Shown: positions 46,020-56,279, counted from the stretch's first letter. The stretch: 64,000 bases of DNA from an uncultured Thermoplasmata archaeon (GCA_964585175.1 CAZPCW010000001.1:12314-76313); one strand, 5' to 3'. The notes: a model not told the origin generated them from the sequence alone. A program made the numbers and translations.

Positions 46020-46600
46020 CTACCTCCACCTGAAGGAGGAGGCTTGTAATATGGCAGGACCAGACCACAGAGACAATTTAATTATCAGTGTACTCCACTC
46101 TATCCCGCAAAACGGGAACGGAGAGGCACATGGCTTCACGTTCGCTTCAACGCACCTGATTCAAGGGCCAGTTGACCGTGACTCACACACGCAGAGAACG
46201 AAACATGGTCAGTCGTTTCATCGCTCCTCATGGAACGGCTTTTGCCCAGCGTGCGGGTTTGTATCTCATCCACAGTGGCGTAACGCAACCGAAGCGGTTT
46301 TCTCTCCTTCAAGAAGAGTGCCTTTTATGGTGCAGCCTACTGTACTCGGATACAGTGTATTAACATCATCTTCCCCATATTTAAAGCATGACTACGGGAG
46401 TCACTGTTATGAAATAATTCCAGTGGAAGAGGAATTTTTAATTCCTCGTCGCTAGTGAGGATGCGAGGACTTTGTCCTCTTTTCCCTCAACTAGTGAGTT
46501 TCGGGAATGAAAGGATGTTAATCCTGCAACATCCGCAGTGCTAACGAGGAATGAAAGGATGTTTATCCTGCACATGAAGGAAGGAGTTTCCTGCCTGTTT
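46020..46600. other. GC-rich (about 50%) non-acidic island, probably non-coding. Candidate structured RNA or a foreign DNA remnant; the ORF-track protein 45964..46455 is probably spurious.
   Basis: Local GC is well above the 38-40% of flanking genes. The predicted 163-aa ORF is H/S/R/C-rich and neutral to basic, unlike every other protein here. There are multiple local stem-loops (CCUCCACC-UGAA-GGAGGAGG, GAAAC-N10-GUUUC, GCG-UAA-CGC, GAGGAC-UUU-GUCCUC) and a tandem 26-nt direct repeat GGAATGAAAGGATGTT(A/T)ATCCTGCA at 46505 and 46545, each able to form alternative hairpins. Confidence 0.35.
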
Positions 46601-47189
46601 AGCCTTGATGAAAATCCGGGAGTTTGATGATCAGGAAGTATATCAGAAATATCGTAATAGCTACGAATAAAAGAGAAAAACCAAACAGGACCATTATATC
46701 GGTCTCTTCGCTGAAATTGAAGGAACCCGCCCAACTTATTAACATCGCCAATAATGAAATCACAAACGTAAGAGAAGAATTTTTCAACAAAGAATGATTC
46801 CATTCTTTTCTATAGTCCTCTAATATTTCATTTTCTTTTCCTTCTGAACATCTAAGGATGCTATTTATTCTCATCAGGTTATTTATGTACAGTAGTGCAG
46901 CATAAAATAATACTAGTGCCCCCACTAAAATTGTCACATTTAGCAGAGTAAAGGGGAAATCTAAATTACTTAAATAAAATGCAGAGCCCATAATTCCTAC
47001 TCCTAAATTGACTAAAATTTTTCTTTTATCGAAAAATCCTACAGCCGATAGTGCACCTCCTATGATGGCTCCATACCATAATAGATTAGGATAAGAAAAT
47101 ACAGCTGATAGTACTATCAAAACGAATATAACGAAAAAAGCCCTAATTTGGGCATATCTTTTTCCAGTAAATTGACTTGTCCATTGCAA
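46599..47189 (-). CDS. Hypothetical polytopic membrane protein
   Basis: 196 aa with 5-6 hydrophobic helices (FFVIFVLIVLSAVF, GAIIGGALSAVGFF, LLNVTILVGALVLFYAALLYI, FVISLLAMLISWAG, LFGFSLLFVAITIFLIYFLII). Confidence 0.5.
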   Translation of the reverse strand: MQWTSQFTGKRYAQIRAFFVIFVLIVLSAVFSYPNLLWYGAIIGGALSAVGFFDKRKILVNLGVGIMGSAFYLSNLDFPFTLLNVTILVGALVLFYAALLYINNLMRINSILRCSEGKENEILEDYRKEWNHSLLKNSSLTFVISLLAMLISWAGSFNFSEETDIMVLFGFSLLFVAITIFLIYFLIIKLPDFHQG

Positions 47190-47212
47190 AAAGAATGTAC
47201 TCTCATTTTCTT

Positions 47213-48478
47213 CTATTTTCTCATCTGATATCGTCTCACCCCCTCAATAGCTACCTCTAACGGTTGTCCAGGATCCCAATCGATGACCGGCCCGTAATTT
47301 CTTAAATGGGCCATTCGATTCTTTCTTTCTATAGTTCTGAGCCTCTCCGCAAGCTCTTCATCCCCTTGTAGATATCGTTTTTGTAGGTCTAAAGGAGATG
47401 GTGAAAGAACGGCTATATCATATTTCTTTCTCGCAAGACCGGCTATGGCATCGGTCACTTTTTCACTGGTCAGAGGAGAGATAAAAAGTAAAAGGCACCT
47501 ATTTGGGAATATATTATCTAGAATATAATTAGCATGTTCTAAACGCCACATACTTCCGCTGTCTAAACTCATAAGATTATCCATTATCCGATATAACTGT
47601 TCTTCGCCCGATCGAGGGTAAACCCATCTAACAAAATCGCCTATCACCATCAGACCGACCCTATTTCGATCTGAAAGGATATCGGAAGCTAAACTGGTAG
47701 CGGCTCTCACAGAATGTTTTAACATATTGTCCTTGAAGACACCGACGTTAGATACATGGAAAGCGTCAACTATTATTATAACATCCCCGCTTTTTTCAGC
47801 CTCGTAAGAGTTAGTTTTAGGGGTTAGATATCTAGCGGTAGCTTTCCAATTTATGTCTCTCATCTCGTCTCCCTGAAGATATTCCCTTATAGAAAAAAAT
47901 TCAGAGCCCAACCCCATCTGAGAGGATTTAATATTACCTAACCAGCCTCTAGTATGCTGAGGTCTCAGTTTGGTTCTACTTAGTTCCTCTATAGGCGGCA
48001 TTGCTACAACATTCATGTACTTTTTGAATATCATATCTTGAGAAAAAAGTTCGAATGTATCTATGTGCCTGGCTTTTACAGGCCCGATTTTATAATTATC
48101 GGTTTTCAAGAATTTTACACTATATTTTATCTTTTGTTTATCCTTAGGCCCTAGATGGACTAATTGATGGTTTGATCCTTCTGTCAATTCTAAGTTGGAT
48201 GATAATTCATCTATGATTTCGAGAAAGACCTCTTCTTCACTTTCATTTTTAACGGTGAATCCTACTTCCATCTCTTCACCTTCATATGAATGGACTTCCT
48301 CTCGATCCCTTTCTATTACTATAGACTCAACCTCGCCAGGAAGACCAAAATAGCCGATCGCGATAATGGTCATGGATACGATAGTCACGATCATAAGGGG
48401 ATAATTCAAAGTCGCCAAGCTCAGAATAAGGGCTAGGATGGAGATTGAAAACAACATCGAAAAATTAGTTGTATTCAT
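47213..48478 (-). CDS. DUF58-family protein (vWA-like, MoxR-associated), N-terminal TM
   Basis: DUF58 signature SIREYLQGDEMRDINW and a vWA-like core DVIIIVDAF...VGLMVIGDFVRWVYP. 421 aa. Confidence 0.65.
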   Translation of the reverse strand: MNTTNFSMLFSISILALILSLATLNYPLMIVTIVSMTIIAIGYFGLPGEVESIVIERDREEVHSYEGEEMEVGFTVKNESEEEVFLEIIDELSSNLELTEGSNHQLVHLGPKDKQKIKYSVKFLKTDNYKIGPVKARHIDTFELFSQDMIFKKYMNVVAMPPIEELSRTKLRPQHTRGWLGNIKSSQMGLGSEFFSIREYLQGDEMRDINWKATARYLTPKTNSYEAEKSGDVIIIVDAFHVSNVGVFKDNMLKHSVRAATSLASDILSDRNRVGLMVIGDFVRWVYPRSGEEQLYRIMDNLMSLDSGSMWRLEHANYILDNIFPNRCLLLFISPLTSEKVTDAIAGLARKKYDIAVLSPSPLDLQKRYLQGDEELAERLRTIERKNRMAHLRNYGPVIDWDPGQPLEVAIEGVRRYQMRK

Positions 48479-49134
48479 GAATTATCATCAGGATTATTCG
48501 TCCATTTATTAATCTTTTCCAGTTCATTCATGGTTTCCTTAACCTTCTCTTCGAAATCTATATCGTTATTGCTCCCAATCCTTTGGATCTTTTTAGTGAA
48601 CGGATCACCTTTTTTGCCTTTTTGAATCGTTTTAAAATCGGCTAAGGATTTCATATTCAGAAGATATCTCCGGAAGGTATCGTTTTCTATAAATTCATCT
48701 ACTTTCTTGGGGTCATTTTTTATTTCTTTTATTTCCTCCTCTGTAAGTTCATTTTTGTTTTTAAGGGTGTAGAATATCTCGTCTCTGAGCCTCTCTTCGA
48801 TTAAAGCTTGTTTCACCTTTGAACCCTTCCTCGCGTTACGAATAGAGTGGACATCTTCTTTGAGAGGAAGTCTCGAAAAATTTTCCTTTTTTGTAGAGGT
48901 TTCCCAAATATCTTGCAATTCCTTGTTTTTTCCTACGATTATGGATAACAAAAACAATGGTATCAATAGAGCGGTCATCACCATCGCTGCTCGGACACCC
49001 TTAATAGAGAGTATTATGATTATGAATGCTCCAATCAACGCCAACTTAATGAACTCCATATAACCCCAGGCAGTAGCGTCTTCGTTCCAACCTGGAATCC
49101 TAGAAGCCATTTCTCCTCCACCACCAAGAGGCAT
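48475..49134 (-). CDS. Hypothetical membrane protein
   Basis: 219 aa with two N-terminal TM helices and a charged cytoplasmic tail. It overlaps the DUF58 gene start by 4 nt. Confidence 0.45.
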   Translation of the reverse strand: MPLGGGGEMASRIPGWNEDATAWGYMEFIKLALIGAFIIIILSIKGVRAAMVMTALLIPLFLLSIIVGKNKELQDIWETSTKKENFSRLPLKEDVHSIRNARKGSKVKQALIEERLRDEIFYTLKNKNELTEEEIKEIKNDPKKVDEFIENDTFRRYLLNMKSLADFKTIQKGKKGDPFTKKIQRIGSNNDIDFEEKVKETMNELEKINKWTNNPDDNS

Positions 49135-49136
49135 AT

Positions 49137-50009
49137 TTATTCACCACCCAGTTGATCTCTAATTTGTTTGAAGTTTTCGATAGCTCTATCGCGTTCTTTT
49201 TCCTTTAAAGGATGATCACTGTACTTGGCCTCTTCAAATAGTTTCGTCATCTTGTCGATGGTTTTCTCTTTTAGGCTCAATTGATTTAAAGCTTTATTTT
49301 CGAGTTCTCTAGGTGTATAGGATATTTCCTGATTAACACCTTTTCTCTCTAAAATAAGACACATCTTTTGATAATTACGGATTATCACGTCTCTCACATT
49401 TTTTCCTTCATGAAGCTCCTCCAATGCCCTGTCGGCTGTTTTACTTATATTTTCTTCTTTGTCTTTTGAATCTTCAGAGGATGATTCCATCCGTCTAAAG
49501 AGCAGGAAAGTGAACACAAGTACCGTAACCAGGAACAAAAGCACGCCTATACCAGAGATATTCGAGGTAGCCTGAGATGACCTTATAGGATCGATCACTT
49601 CACCGAATGATATATTAGGAAACGAAGGTAAATTGATTTCCGGAAGATCAATAGAAAATATGTAAGACCTGATCAAGTCGCGGTTCCAAGCTACGATGAC
49701 ACCGATAAATGTAAAAAATAATTGCCCAGCCTTTTTCTTGAGTTCTTCCGTGGGAGAGATCAGAATACCTATAGATGCGAATACAAATACTGCACCAACG
49801 GCTAAGTCTATAATATATTTTGGTATATCTATATAACCAGCAGGAGAACGACCTGAGTCACCAACTTCTGTTTCATCTCCTCTCCAAAGGTCTTCTCCCT
49901 CCATCGAAAAATATGAAACGCTCAAATTTCCAAGTGTCCATGCAAGAAGCAATATGATAATTATACCAATAATAACTATCTTCTTCTTCTTGAACTGGGG
50001 GTTCATCAT
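49137..50009 (-). CDS. Membrane protein with a C-terminal DUF4129-like domain
   Basis: N-terminal TM segments plus a C-terminal soluble region (ISYTPRELENKALNQ...EAKYSDHPLKEKERDRAIENFKQIR) of the type found downstream of DUF58/MoxR operons. Confidence 0.45.
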   Translation of the reverse strand: MMNPQFKKKKIVIIGIIIILLLAWTLGNLSVSYFSMEGEDLWRGDETEVGDSGRSPAGYIDIPKYIIDLAVGAVFVFASIGILISPTEELKKKAGQLFFTFIGVIVAWNRDLIRSYIFSIDLPEINLPSFPNISFGEVIDPIRSSQATSNISGIGVLLFLVTVLVFTFLLFRRMESSSEDSKDKEENISKTADRALEELHEGKNVRDVIIRNYQKMCLILERKGVNQEISYTPRELENKALNQLSLKEKTIDKMTKLFEEAKYSDHPLKEKERDRAIENFKQIRDQLGGE

Positions 50010-50108
50010 TCATAAGCTTTATATCCAACTTCGATTTAAAGCTTGTCCCATCTCAGGTCTAGCCAGCTATCATACCAAAATCTCAGACGTAAAGACAATT
50101 ATCCCTTT

Positions 50109-52556
50109 TTAGGATTCGATTTCATCGAGCTCTTCAATTTCTCTCTCGACTTTTTCAAGAAATTTAGCGCCCTGTCCGACCTTCTTGAATAGCTTCTTTG
50201 CTTCTTCAAAATTTTCTCTAGCCTTTTCGTATTCTCCTTTTTCTTTATAGGCTATCCCCAATTCCATCATATCTTCTCCTTTGTTGAACGGAACATCAAA
50301 ATCTTCCAAGATTTCCTGTGCCTCTTTATATAATTTTATAGCACCATCTAAGTCACCATCTACTTCTTTCTTGATCATACCTTCAACTCTTCTAACACTG
50401 GCTAAACCTATCCTTTCCCCCAAACTCTCCATTACATCATCTATTCCTTCAATATATTTCAAAGCTTCTTCTGGATCTCCCTTTTTAACCAAAGCTTCAG
50501 CGGCATTGAATGATGCCCAACCCATATACAAGTCATTTCCTATCCGTTCGGCATTTTCGATACATTTATCAAAGTACTCTATAGCTTGATCATATTTTTC
50601 TCTCTTCATATACTGATCTCCAAGATTGTTGTAAGCTCTAGACAGCTGAGCAAAAATGTCTCTAGAATTCAATATGGGTAGGCTTTTTTCGTAATACTGC
50701 ATAGCTCTATCGTGATTTCCTCTCTGGGCATGTACATTTCCAAAATCTATATAATTGAGTGCCAGTTCTTTATTATTGCCGCTCCTCTTTGAATTCTTGA
50801 TGGCTTTTTCGTAATGCTTCTCCGCCACTTCGAGATGACCTTCTCGCCAGTGAACATATCCGAGTCCTCTATGGGCCTCAGAAATCCCCTCAAGCTCGTC
50901 GATCTCTTCACTCAAATCAAGAGCTTGCTGACAGTATTCCTTCGCTTCTTCATATTTCTCTATATTCTTGTAAGCGTGGCCTAAACGTCTCAATCCCAGT
51001 GATTTCATCTTCTGGTCTTCAGCTTCTTCCGCTTTTTCGATAAGTTCTTGGTAAATCTCTTTAGCCGAGTACCAATCACTCATATCATAATTCAACTGAC
51101 CTAGTCGGACTAAAATATCCATCTCTTTCTCTATTTCATTCTCGATATCTGAAGCTTTTTGTAAGGACTCCAATGTTTTTTCATAATATTCTTTAGCGCG
51201 GGTTATATCTAGGCTCCTCAAAGATCTTTCCGCAGATTTTTTAGAATATTCATAGGCCTTCTCGTATTGTTTACCTTCATAGAAGTGATTACTCAATTCG
51301 TAATAATGCTCCTCTAGATTATCCGAATAGAACTCTTCGAGTGCTTCCCCCATCATTTTATGTGAAACTCGTTTTCTACTCGAACCCATCTCCTCATAAA
51401 GAGTAGTTCGCGTCTGAAGGTGATGGAATCGATAAAGTTCATCTTCACCTTGATCTTCTTCGATGAGGCCCTTTTCCACGAGGTTATCTATTATATCCAA
51501 TAACTCGATGACGTCCATATCGATTACTTTTTCTAATAGTTGAAAATTGAACTCACTCCCGATTAGAGAAGCGAACATCAATATCTTTTTTTCTTCCTTG
51601 TTTAACCTCTCAATCCTTCTAGAAGTGATATCTTTGATAGTCGAAGGTATGGATATATTGGAGAGTTCTTCCTCTGGATCCCATGTATACGAGTCTGGAC
51701 TAATTACATCTTCCTGTTTCATCGAATCGAGCATTTCGATCACATAGAAAGGATTTCCTTCGCTCTCCCTGTAAATCGTCCAGGTAAAGTCATCTGGAAG
51801 ATCTTCTCTATCGAGATATTTTTTCACCAATTTACTAGTAGTAGGTTGATTAAATCTTGAGATTTCGATGATATTCACTAGGTCTTCATCTTTTAGCCTG
51901 TTTAAGGTCTCCTTAAGAGGGAGTTCTTCTTCTACATATCTCAGCTCTTCCTGCCGATAAGCACCAAGCAATAATATAGAGTTATCCGTGATATCTCTAG
52001 CTAGGTGGTGCATCAATTGAGCGGAAGATTTGTCGATCCATTGGAGATCGTCCATAAAGAAAACCACCGGCTTTTCTTCCGATAATTCTTTTAATAGATC
52101 AGAAACTCGGTTGAACATCATCTCCTGCTGACTCGCTAAAGAGGTGTCTGATTCTTCTTGCAAATTTTGTGCCCCGCCCATCATACTCATAGGAGCGGAT
52201 CCTGTCGATTTCGAGCCGGAGGAGCTGGGTTGAATGAATGCTGGACCGAACTCTTCCCCACTATCTTCCTCGAGATGTTCCTCCAACGCTTCATAATAAG
52301 GAAGATAGGGTTCAGAAGTTTCATAATAAAGACATCTGCTTCTCAGTACTTGAAATCCTTGGTTTTCACACTCTTTAAGAAACTCCTCCGCCAAACGAGT
52401 TTTACCTACTCCAGTCTCACCTTTCAACAGAACAGTCTTTCCCTCACCTGATTCTATAGAATTTTTATAGTGACTCAATTCCGCAAGATGGCTTTTCCTA
52501 TCTACAAAATCGATTTCATGCTCTTCATCTATTGCCGTTTGACGTGGAACCATCAA
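50109..52556 (-). CDS. AAA_16/STAND-like P-loop NTPase with C-terminal TPR repeat array
   Basis: Walker A motif KGETGVGKTRLAEEFL, Walker B motif VVFFMDDLQW and a 400-aa or so C-terminus of TPR-like repeats (W-x2-A-x3-Y-x-A periodicity). 815 aa. Confidence 0.65.
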   Translation of the reverse strand: MMVPRQTAIDEEHEIDFVDRKSHLAELSHYKNSIESGEGKTVLLKGETGVGKTRLAEEFLKECENQGFQVLRSRCLYYETSEPYLPYYEALEEHLEEDSGEEFGPAFIQPSSSGSKSTGSAPMSMMGGAQNLQEESDTSLASQQEMMFNRVSDLLKELSEEKPVVFFMDDLQWIDKSSAQLMHHLARDITDNSILLLGAYRQEELRYVEEELPLKETLNRLKDEDLVNIIEISRFNQPTTSKLVKKYLDREDLPDDFTWTIYRESEGNPFYVIEMLDSMKQEDVISPDSYTWDPEEELSNISIPSTIKDITSRRIERLNKEEKKILMFASLIGSEFNFQLLEKVIDMDVIELLDIIDNLVEKGLIEEDQGEDELYRFHHLQTRTTLYEEMGSSRKRVSHKMMGEALEEFYSDNLEEHYYELSNHFYEGKQYEKAYEYSKKSAERSLRSLDITRAKEYYEKTLESLQKASDIENEIEKEMDILVRLGQLNYDMSDWYSAKEIYQELIEKAEEAEDQKMKSLGLRRLGHAYKNIEKYEEAKEYCQQALDLSEEIDELEGISEAHRGLGYVHWREGHLEVAEKHYEKAIKNSKRSGNNKELALNYIDFGNVHAQRGNHDRAMQYYEKSLPILNSRDIFAQLSRAYNNLGDQYMKREKYDQAIEYFDKCIENAERIGNDLYMGWASFNAAEALVKKGDPEEALKYIEGIDDVMESLGERIGLASVRRVEGMIKKEVDGDLDGAIKLYKEAQEILEDFDVPFNKGEDMMELGIAYKEKGEYEKARENFEEAKKLFKKVGQGAKFLEKVEREIEELDEIES

Positions 52557-52619
52557 GTATAAAATGAAGAGAAGTTCTATAAAAGTTTACCTAAAAGTTA
52601 GTATCTAATAGATCTCAAT

Positions 52620-53402
52620 TTAAGTCTGACTCTGGTTCATCGGTTCATCTGGTGTTACCGTCAACCATCCCGCATGATCGCCCACACGAACCTTAACTTC
52701 ATAAACTTCCCTAATATTATCTTTGTTGACAACATCCATGCCACCTGAGACATAGACCTCCCCTTCTTTTAGCATAACTATTCTATCACTGTATCTGATG
52801 GCCATATTAAGATCGTGAATGGCAATGATCGACGAAATATCTTCCTTAGTCTGTTCCTTTATTATATTCAATACTTCTAATTGATGTTTTAGATCAAGAT
52901 TACTCGTTGGCTCGTCTAATAACAATATTTCTGGTTGTTGTGCTAACGCCCTAGCTACAAAAACTTTCTGTCTCTGCCCTCCGCTCAATTCGTCGATATC
53001 TCTCATAGCAAAATCGGTTAATTCCATCTTTTTGATCAGGTCAGATACTATCTTCTTGTCCTTTTCACCGGGTTTCCAAGAGATGTATGGTTTTCTTCCC
53101 ATGAGTATCGTCTCGAATACCGTAGAAGGAAAATTAACATTCTCTATCTGTGGGACATATCCTAATTTTCTCGCTTTCTCGTTCAGAGTGTAATCCGTTA
53201 TACTTTTCCCATCTATCCTCACAGTGCCCTTTTTGGGTTTGTGAAAATTTCCTAAACATTTCAGCAAAGTACTCTTTCCTGAGCCATTGGGGCCTACTAA
53301 AGCTAAGATCTCACCCTCCTTTATTTCTATATCTATGTCCTTTAATACCCTAGGCTCGTTATTGTATGAAAAATGCACTCCATTAGCTTCCAATCGACTC
53401 AC
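52620..53402 (-). CDS. ABC transporter ATP-binding protein (FecE/BtuD iron-siderophore/cobalamin type)
   Basis: Walker A motif GPNGSGKSTLLK, ABC signature LSGGQRQKVFVARAL and Walker B motif ILLLDEPTSNLD. Confidence 0.85.
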   Translation of the reverse strand: MSRLEANGVHFSYNNEPRVLKDIDIEIKEGEILALVGPNGSGKSTLLKCLGNFHKPKKGTVRIDGKSITDYTLNEKARKLGYVPQIENVNFPSTVFETILMGRKPYISWKPGEKDKKIVSDLIKKMELTDFAMRDIDELSGGQRQKVFVARALAQQPEILLLDEPTSNLDLKHQLEVLNIIKEQTKEDISSIIAIHDLNMAIRYSDRIVMLKEGEVYVSGGMDVVNKDNIREVYEVKVRVGDHAGWLTVTPDEPMNQSQT

Positions 53403-54475
53403 CAGTAAGACCTCCCGTTTATTAATACATATATGAAAAGCGGCGCACCCATGAACGAAGTCAGTATACCCACAGGTAGTATCTCTGGAGATATTACCGT
53501 TCTAGCTACTGTATCACAGGCTAATAAAAACGCGCCTCCAAAGAAAACAGAAGCAGGGATCAGATATCTTTCGTCTCCACCGATAATCCTTCTGATTATA
53601 TGAGGAACGACCAAGCCTACAAAACTGATTATCCCAAAAAAGGATACGATTATTGCTGTGACCAGGGAAGATAATACCATGCCTACGATCCTTGTTCTTT
53701 CGATGTCAACACCAAGACTTTTAGCAGTTTCATCTCCACTGTCAAGAGCGTTGAGATCCCAGCTTTTCTTTATGAAATATATAGAGATCGGGATAACCAC
53801 AGCCGCTAAGATCATTATCCAATGCCAGTTACCTAGTATCTTGCTTATATCACCGAATCTCCATGCTATGAAGGCAGCCAGATTAGTCTCGTCGGTGGAA
53901 AAATATTGTAGGGAAAGTATACCCGCGTTGAAAAGAGAACCTAATGCTACGCCTGTTAAAATCAATGTTGCCGGTGAAGTATCGGTCAATCTGATAAGTA
54001 GTAAAAGGACAAGGGTGGCCACCATCGCAAAAGTAAAAGCTGAAACGGTTGTCATATAGGGATTATGGATGGTTATGGCATCGGCACCGCTGCTGTAAGT
54101 ACCTCCCGCTCCTAGGTATAGTATAGAAAACGCAGCCCCAAAAGCTGCTGCCGAGGATATACCCATCGTTGAGGGAGACCCTAAAGGATTCCTCAATATG
54201 CTCTGCATGGTTGCCCCAGCCACAGACAAACCGAGGCCCGCTAATATAGCTCCCGCTACTCTAGGCATCCTGATACGCCATATTATACCTATATCGACCT
54301 CATCACCTTTTCCTAAAAGTGCGTAAAAAACCACATCTAAAGGTTTGTTTGATGGGCCAATAGAAACGGCTATAACTACGAGTATGAATAATAAAAGGAT
54401 AGATGTTAAGATGAACATTACTTTTTTTGATATATGTTCATCATAGCTCTTCAAAATATCTGGTTTATTGGACAT
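53399..54475 (-). CDS. ABC transporter permease, FecCD/BtuC family
   Basis: 358 aa, about 9-10 TM segments, FecCD-type composition. It overlaps the ATPase gene by 4 nt. Confidence 0.75.
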   Translation of the reverse strand: MSNKPDILKSYDEHISKKVMFILTSILLLFILVVIAVSIGPSNKPLDVVFYALLGKGDEVDIGIIWRIRMPRVAGAILAGLGLSVAGATMQSILRNPLGSPSTMGISSAAAFGAAFSILYLGAGGTYSSGADAITIHNPYMTTVSAFTFAMVATLVLLLLIRLTDTSPATLILTGVALGSLFNAGILSLQYFSTDETNLAAFIAWRFGDISKILGNWHWIMILAAVVIPISIYFIKKSWDLNALDSGDETAKSLGVDIERTRIVGMVLSSLVTAIIVSFFGIISFVGLVVPHIIRRIIGGDERYLIPASVFFGGAFLLACDTVARTVISPEILPVGILTSFMGAPLFIYVLINGRSYW

Positions 54476-54479
54476 GTTA

Positions 54480-55574
54480 TTATCTCTTTAGATCAACTTT
54501 CTTGAATCCGCCAAAGTCCTCTTCCATTTCGTCATAAACACCTTCTCCGACAAGCTCTTTGTATATCTGATCTGCTTTTTCTTCAGCATCAACGTCGTTG
54601 AACCTCTCTGGAAATAGAACTTTTCCTATGTAATACGAATCTGCAAGTATAGTTCCATAGTTAGCTGTATAGTAGTTGAAGGGCATAACCGCATAGGTTT
54701 CATTATTTTTAACAGCATCTATACTTTTGTAAAGATCGTTGTTTTCAATGTCATCTTTTAAAAGTTCATATCCCCCTTCATCGATGAATAATCTCTCCGG
54801 GTTCCAATCAACAATCTTTTCAGGATCTACCATGGCATGCTCAGTGGTTAGATCATCCGCAACGTTCTTTGCATTTACGAACTCGAACGGAGAATAGTCA
54901 GGTAATGTAGATTTTATTCCATGTGGACCTCTTTGTCCTATTCCTCCGACGTAACATTTACTTTTTTCTTCTTCGGGTATCTCTTCTGTTCTTTGATTTA
55001 GGTCGGAAATTGTACCCTCGATAAAATCCTGGATTTCTTGAGCCCTTTCAGTCTTATCCAAGACTTTTCCGATAGTATCCAAAGCACGGTAAAACATATC
55101 CCGGTTATCGTCTAGATCGCCATATCTTAATGCGATCACAGGTATTCCAGTCTGTTCTTGAAGATCTTCAGCTTTACCTGCTTCTGCATAGGTCCAAAAG
55201 ATCACATCCGGATCAAGGTCCATTATCAGTTCAGAATTTCCCCCATGTTGTGGACCGATACTTGTTTCGTCCTGAAGTTCAGGATGAGCCATGATATAAG
55301 GCCTCAAACCATCATCTTTTTCAAAATTCTCAACACCGCTCACCATATCAGTGGCGTTCATGTAGACTAAAAGACGCAGCGCACCGGCTTCGATCCCCAC
55401 GACTTCATCTATATCTTTAGGAACTTCGACTTCTCTCCCCGTCATGTCTGTTATCGTTCTAGTTTCTCCATCACTCTCTGCACTTAAATTAACACAACCA
55501 CTGCTGAAAACTGAGAAGAGAATCAATCCTACAAAAAGAATAGAAATTTTTTTATCCACCTTATTCACCATCAC
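54480..55574 (-). CDS. ABC transporter substrate-binding lipoprotein (cluster A, FecB/BtuF-like)
   Basis: Signal peptide with a lipobox-like FSSGC, and a two-lobe periplasmic binding protein layout with an acidic mature protein. Confidence 0.65.
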   Translation of the reverse strand: MMVNKVDKKISILFVGLILFSVFSSGCVNLSAESDGETRTITDMTGREVEVPKDIDEVVGIEAGALRLLVYMNATDMVSGVENFEKDDGLRPYIMAHPELQDETSIGPQHGGNSELIMDLDPDVIFWTYAEAGKAEDLQEQTGIPVIALRYGDLDDNRDMFYRALDTIGKVLDKTERAQEIQDFIEGTISDLNQRTEEIPEEEKSKCYVGGIGQRGPHGIKSTLPDYSPFEFVNAKNVADDLTTEHAMVDPEKIVDWNPERLFIDEGGYELLKDDIENNDLYKSIDAVKNNETYAVMPFNYYTANYGTILADSYYIGKVLFPERFNDVDAEEKADQIYKELVGEGVYDEMEEDFGGFKKVDLKR

Positions 55575-56259
55575 AAATTATACCGTATCCAGTCAACTCG
55601 TTATAATTTGAGGCCGCGCAGTCTAAACATAAAATTTTACCGTCCTCTTCTACTGTTCTCGTGGCCATGACACTCTCTCCACAGCTATCGCATATATGAC
55701 TATCATGTATTGGGGCATATTCAGGTATTTCAACATCTACTATCTCAATTTTGAATAAGTCCTCAGCGGGCAGATTTACAACGTGATGAGAGACTTTTTT
55801 AGCAAGTTTAGAGAACTTCCTTTCGTCCTCTTCACTCGCTTCTCTCTTTGTAACCACCTTTTCAAACAATTCTTGGTACTCAGGAAATTCATCCGCCCAA
55901 TTCTCGCTTGTGTCCGGCTTCGATACAAGCCTGATTCCTTTACCATCTCTTTTAGCGAGCGTGAAGGCTGTCTTTCCGAGATCTCTGAATACAAGTGAAT
56001 TATTACCAAAGGTACATCCTGTAACTAACTGCACACCGTCAGAGGCGCAGTTGTTTGTTTCCATCATCGCCAATACATCTTCCATGCCTTCCGAGTGGAG
56101 ATCCATCTCTTTTACCGCTGTATAGGCGGCCTTGACCCCGATCGCCAACCCAGGACAATAGTGCCCGTGCAGAACCGCGGCTCTATCCAAAAGCTCACCT
56201 AAATTACCATCTTCTATTATTTTCCATATAGCATCCCTTGGGGCTTTCGTGTTATCCAT
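55561..56259 (-). CDS. FmdE-family protein with a C-terminal zinc ribbon
   Basis: FmdE-domain motif [15 protein letters not shown] and a C-terminal CxxC...CxxC (CDSCGESV...CLDCA). The real start is MDNTKAPRD at 56257-56259; the track ORF is over-extended upstream to 56556 through a low-complexity stretch. It is the first gene of the ABC transporter operon. Confidence 0.65.
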   Translation of the reverse strand: MDNTKAPRDAIWKIIEDGNLGELLDRAAVLHGHYCPGLAIGVKAAYTAVKEMDLHSEGMEDVLAMMETNNCASDGVQLVTGCTFGNNSLVFRDLGKTAFTLAKRDGKGIRLVSKPDTSENWADEFPEYQELFEKVVTKREASEEDERKFSKLAKKVSHHVVNLPAEDLFKIEIVDVEIPEYAPIHDSHICDSCGESVMATRTVEEDGKILCLDCAASNYNELTGYGIICDGE

Positions 56260-56279
56260 ATCTATATACCTCGTTAATT

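Noticed and set aside
45964-46455. 163-aa ORF predicted in the GC-rich island
   Set aside because: Its His/Ser/Arg/Cys-rich neutral composition, lack of any motif and anomalous GC mean it is treated as a spurious ORF over a probably non-coding region. It is reported instead as a candidate RNA or foreign remnant.
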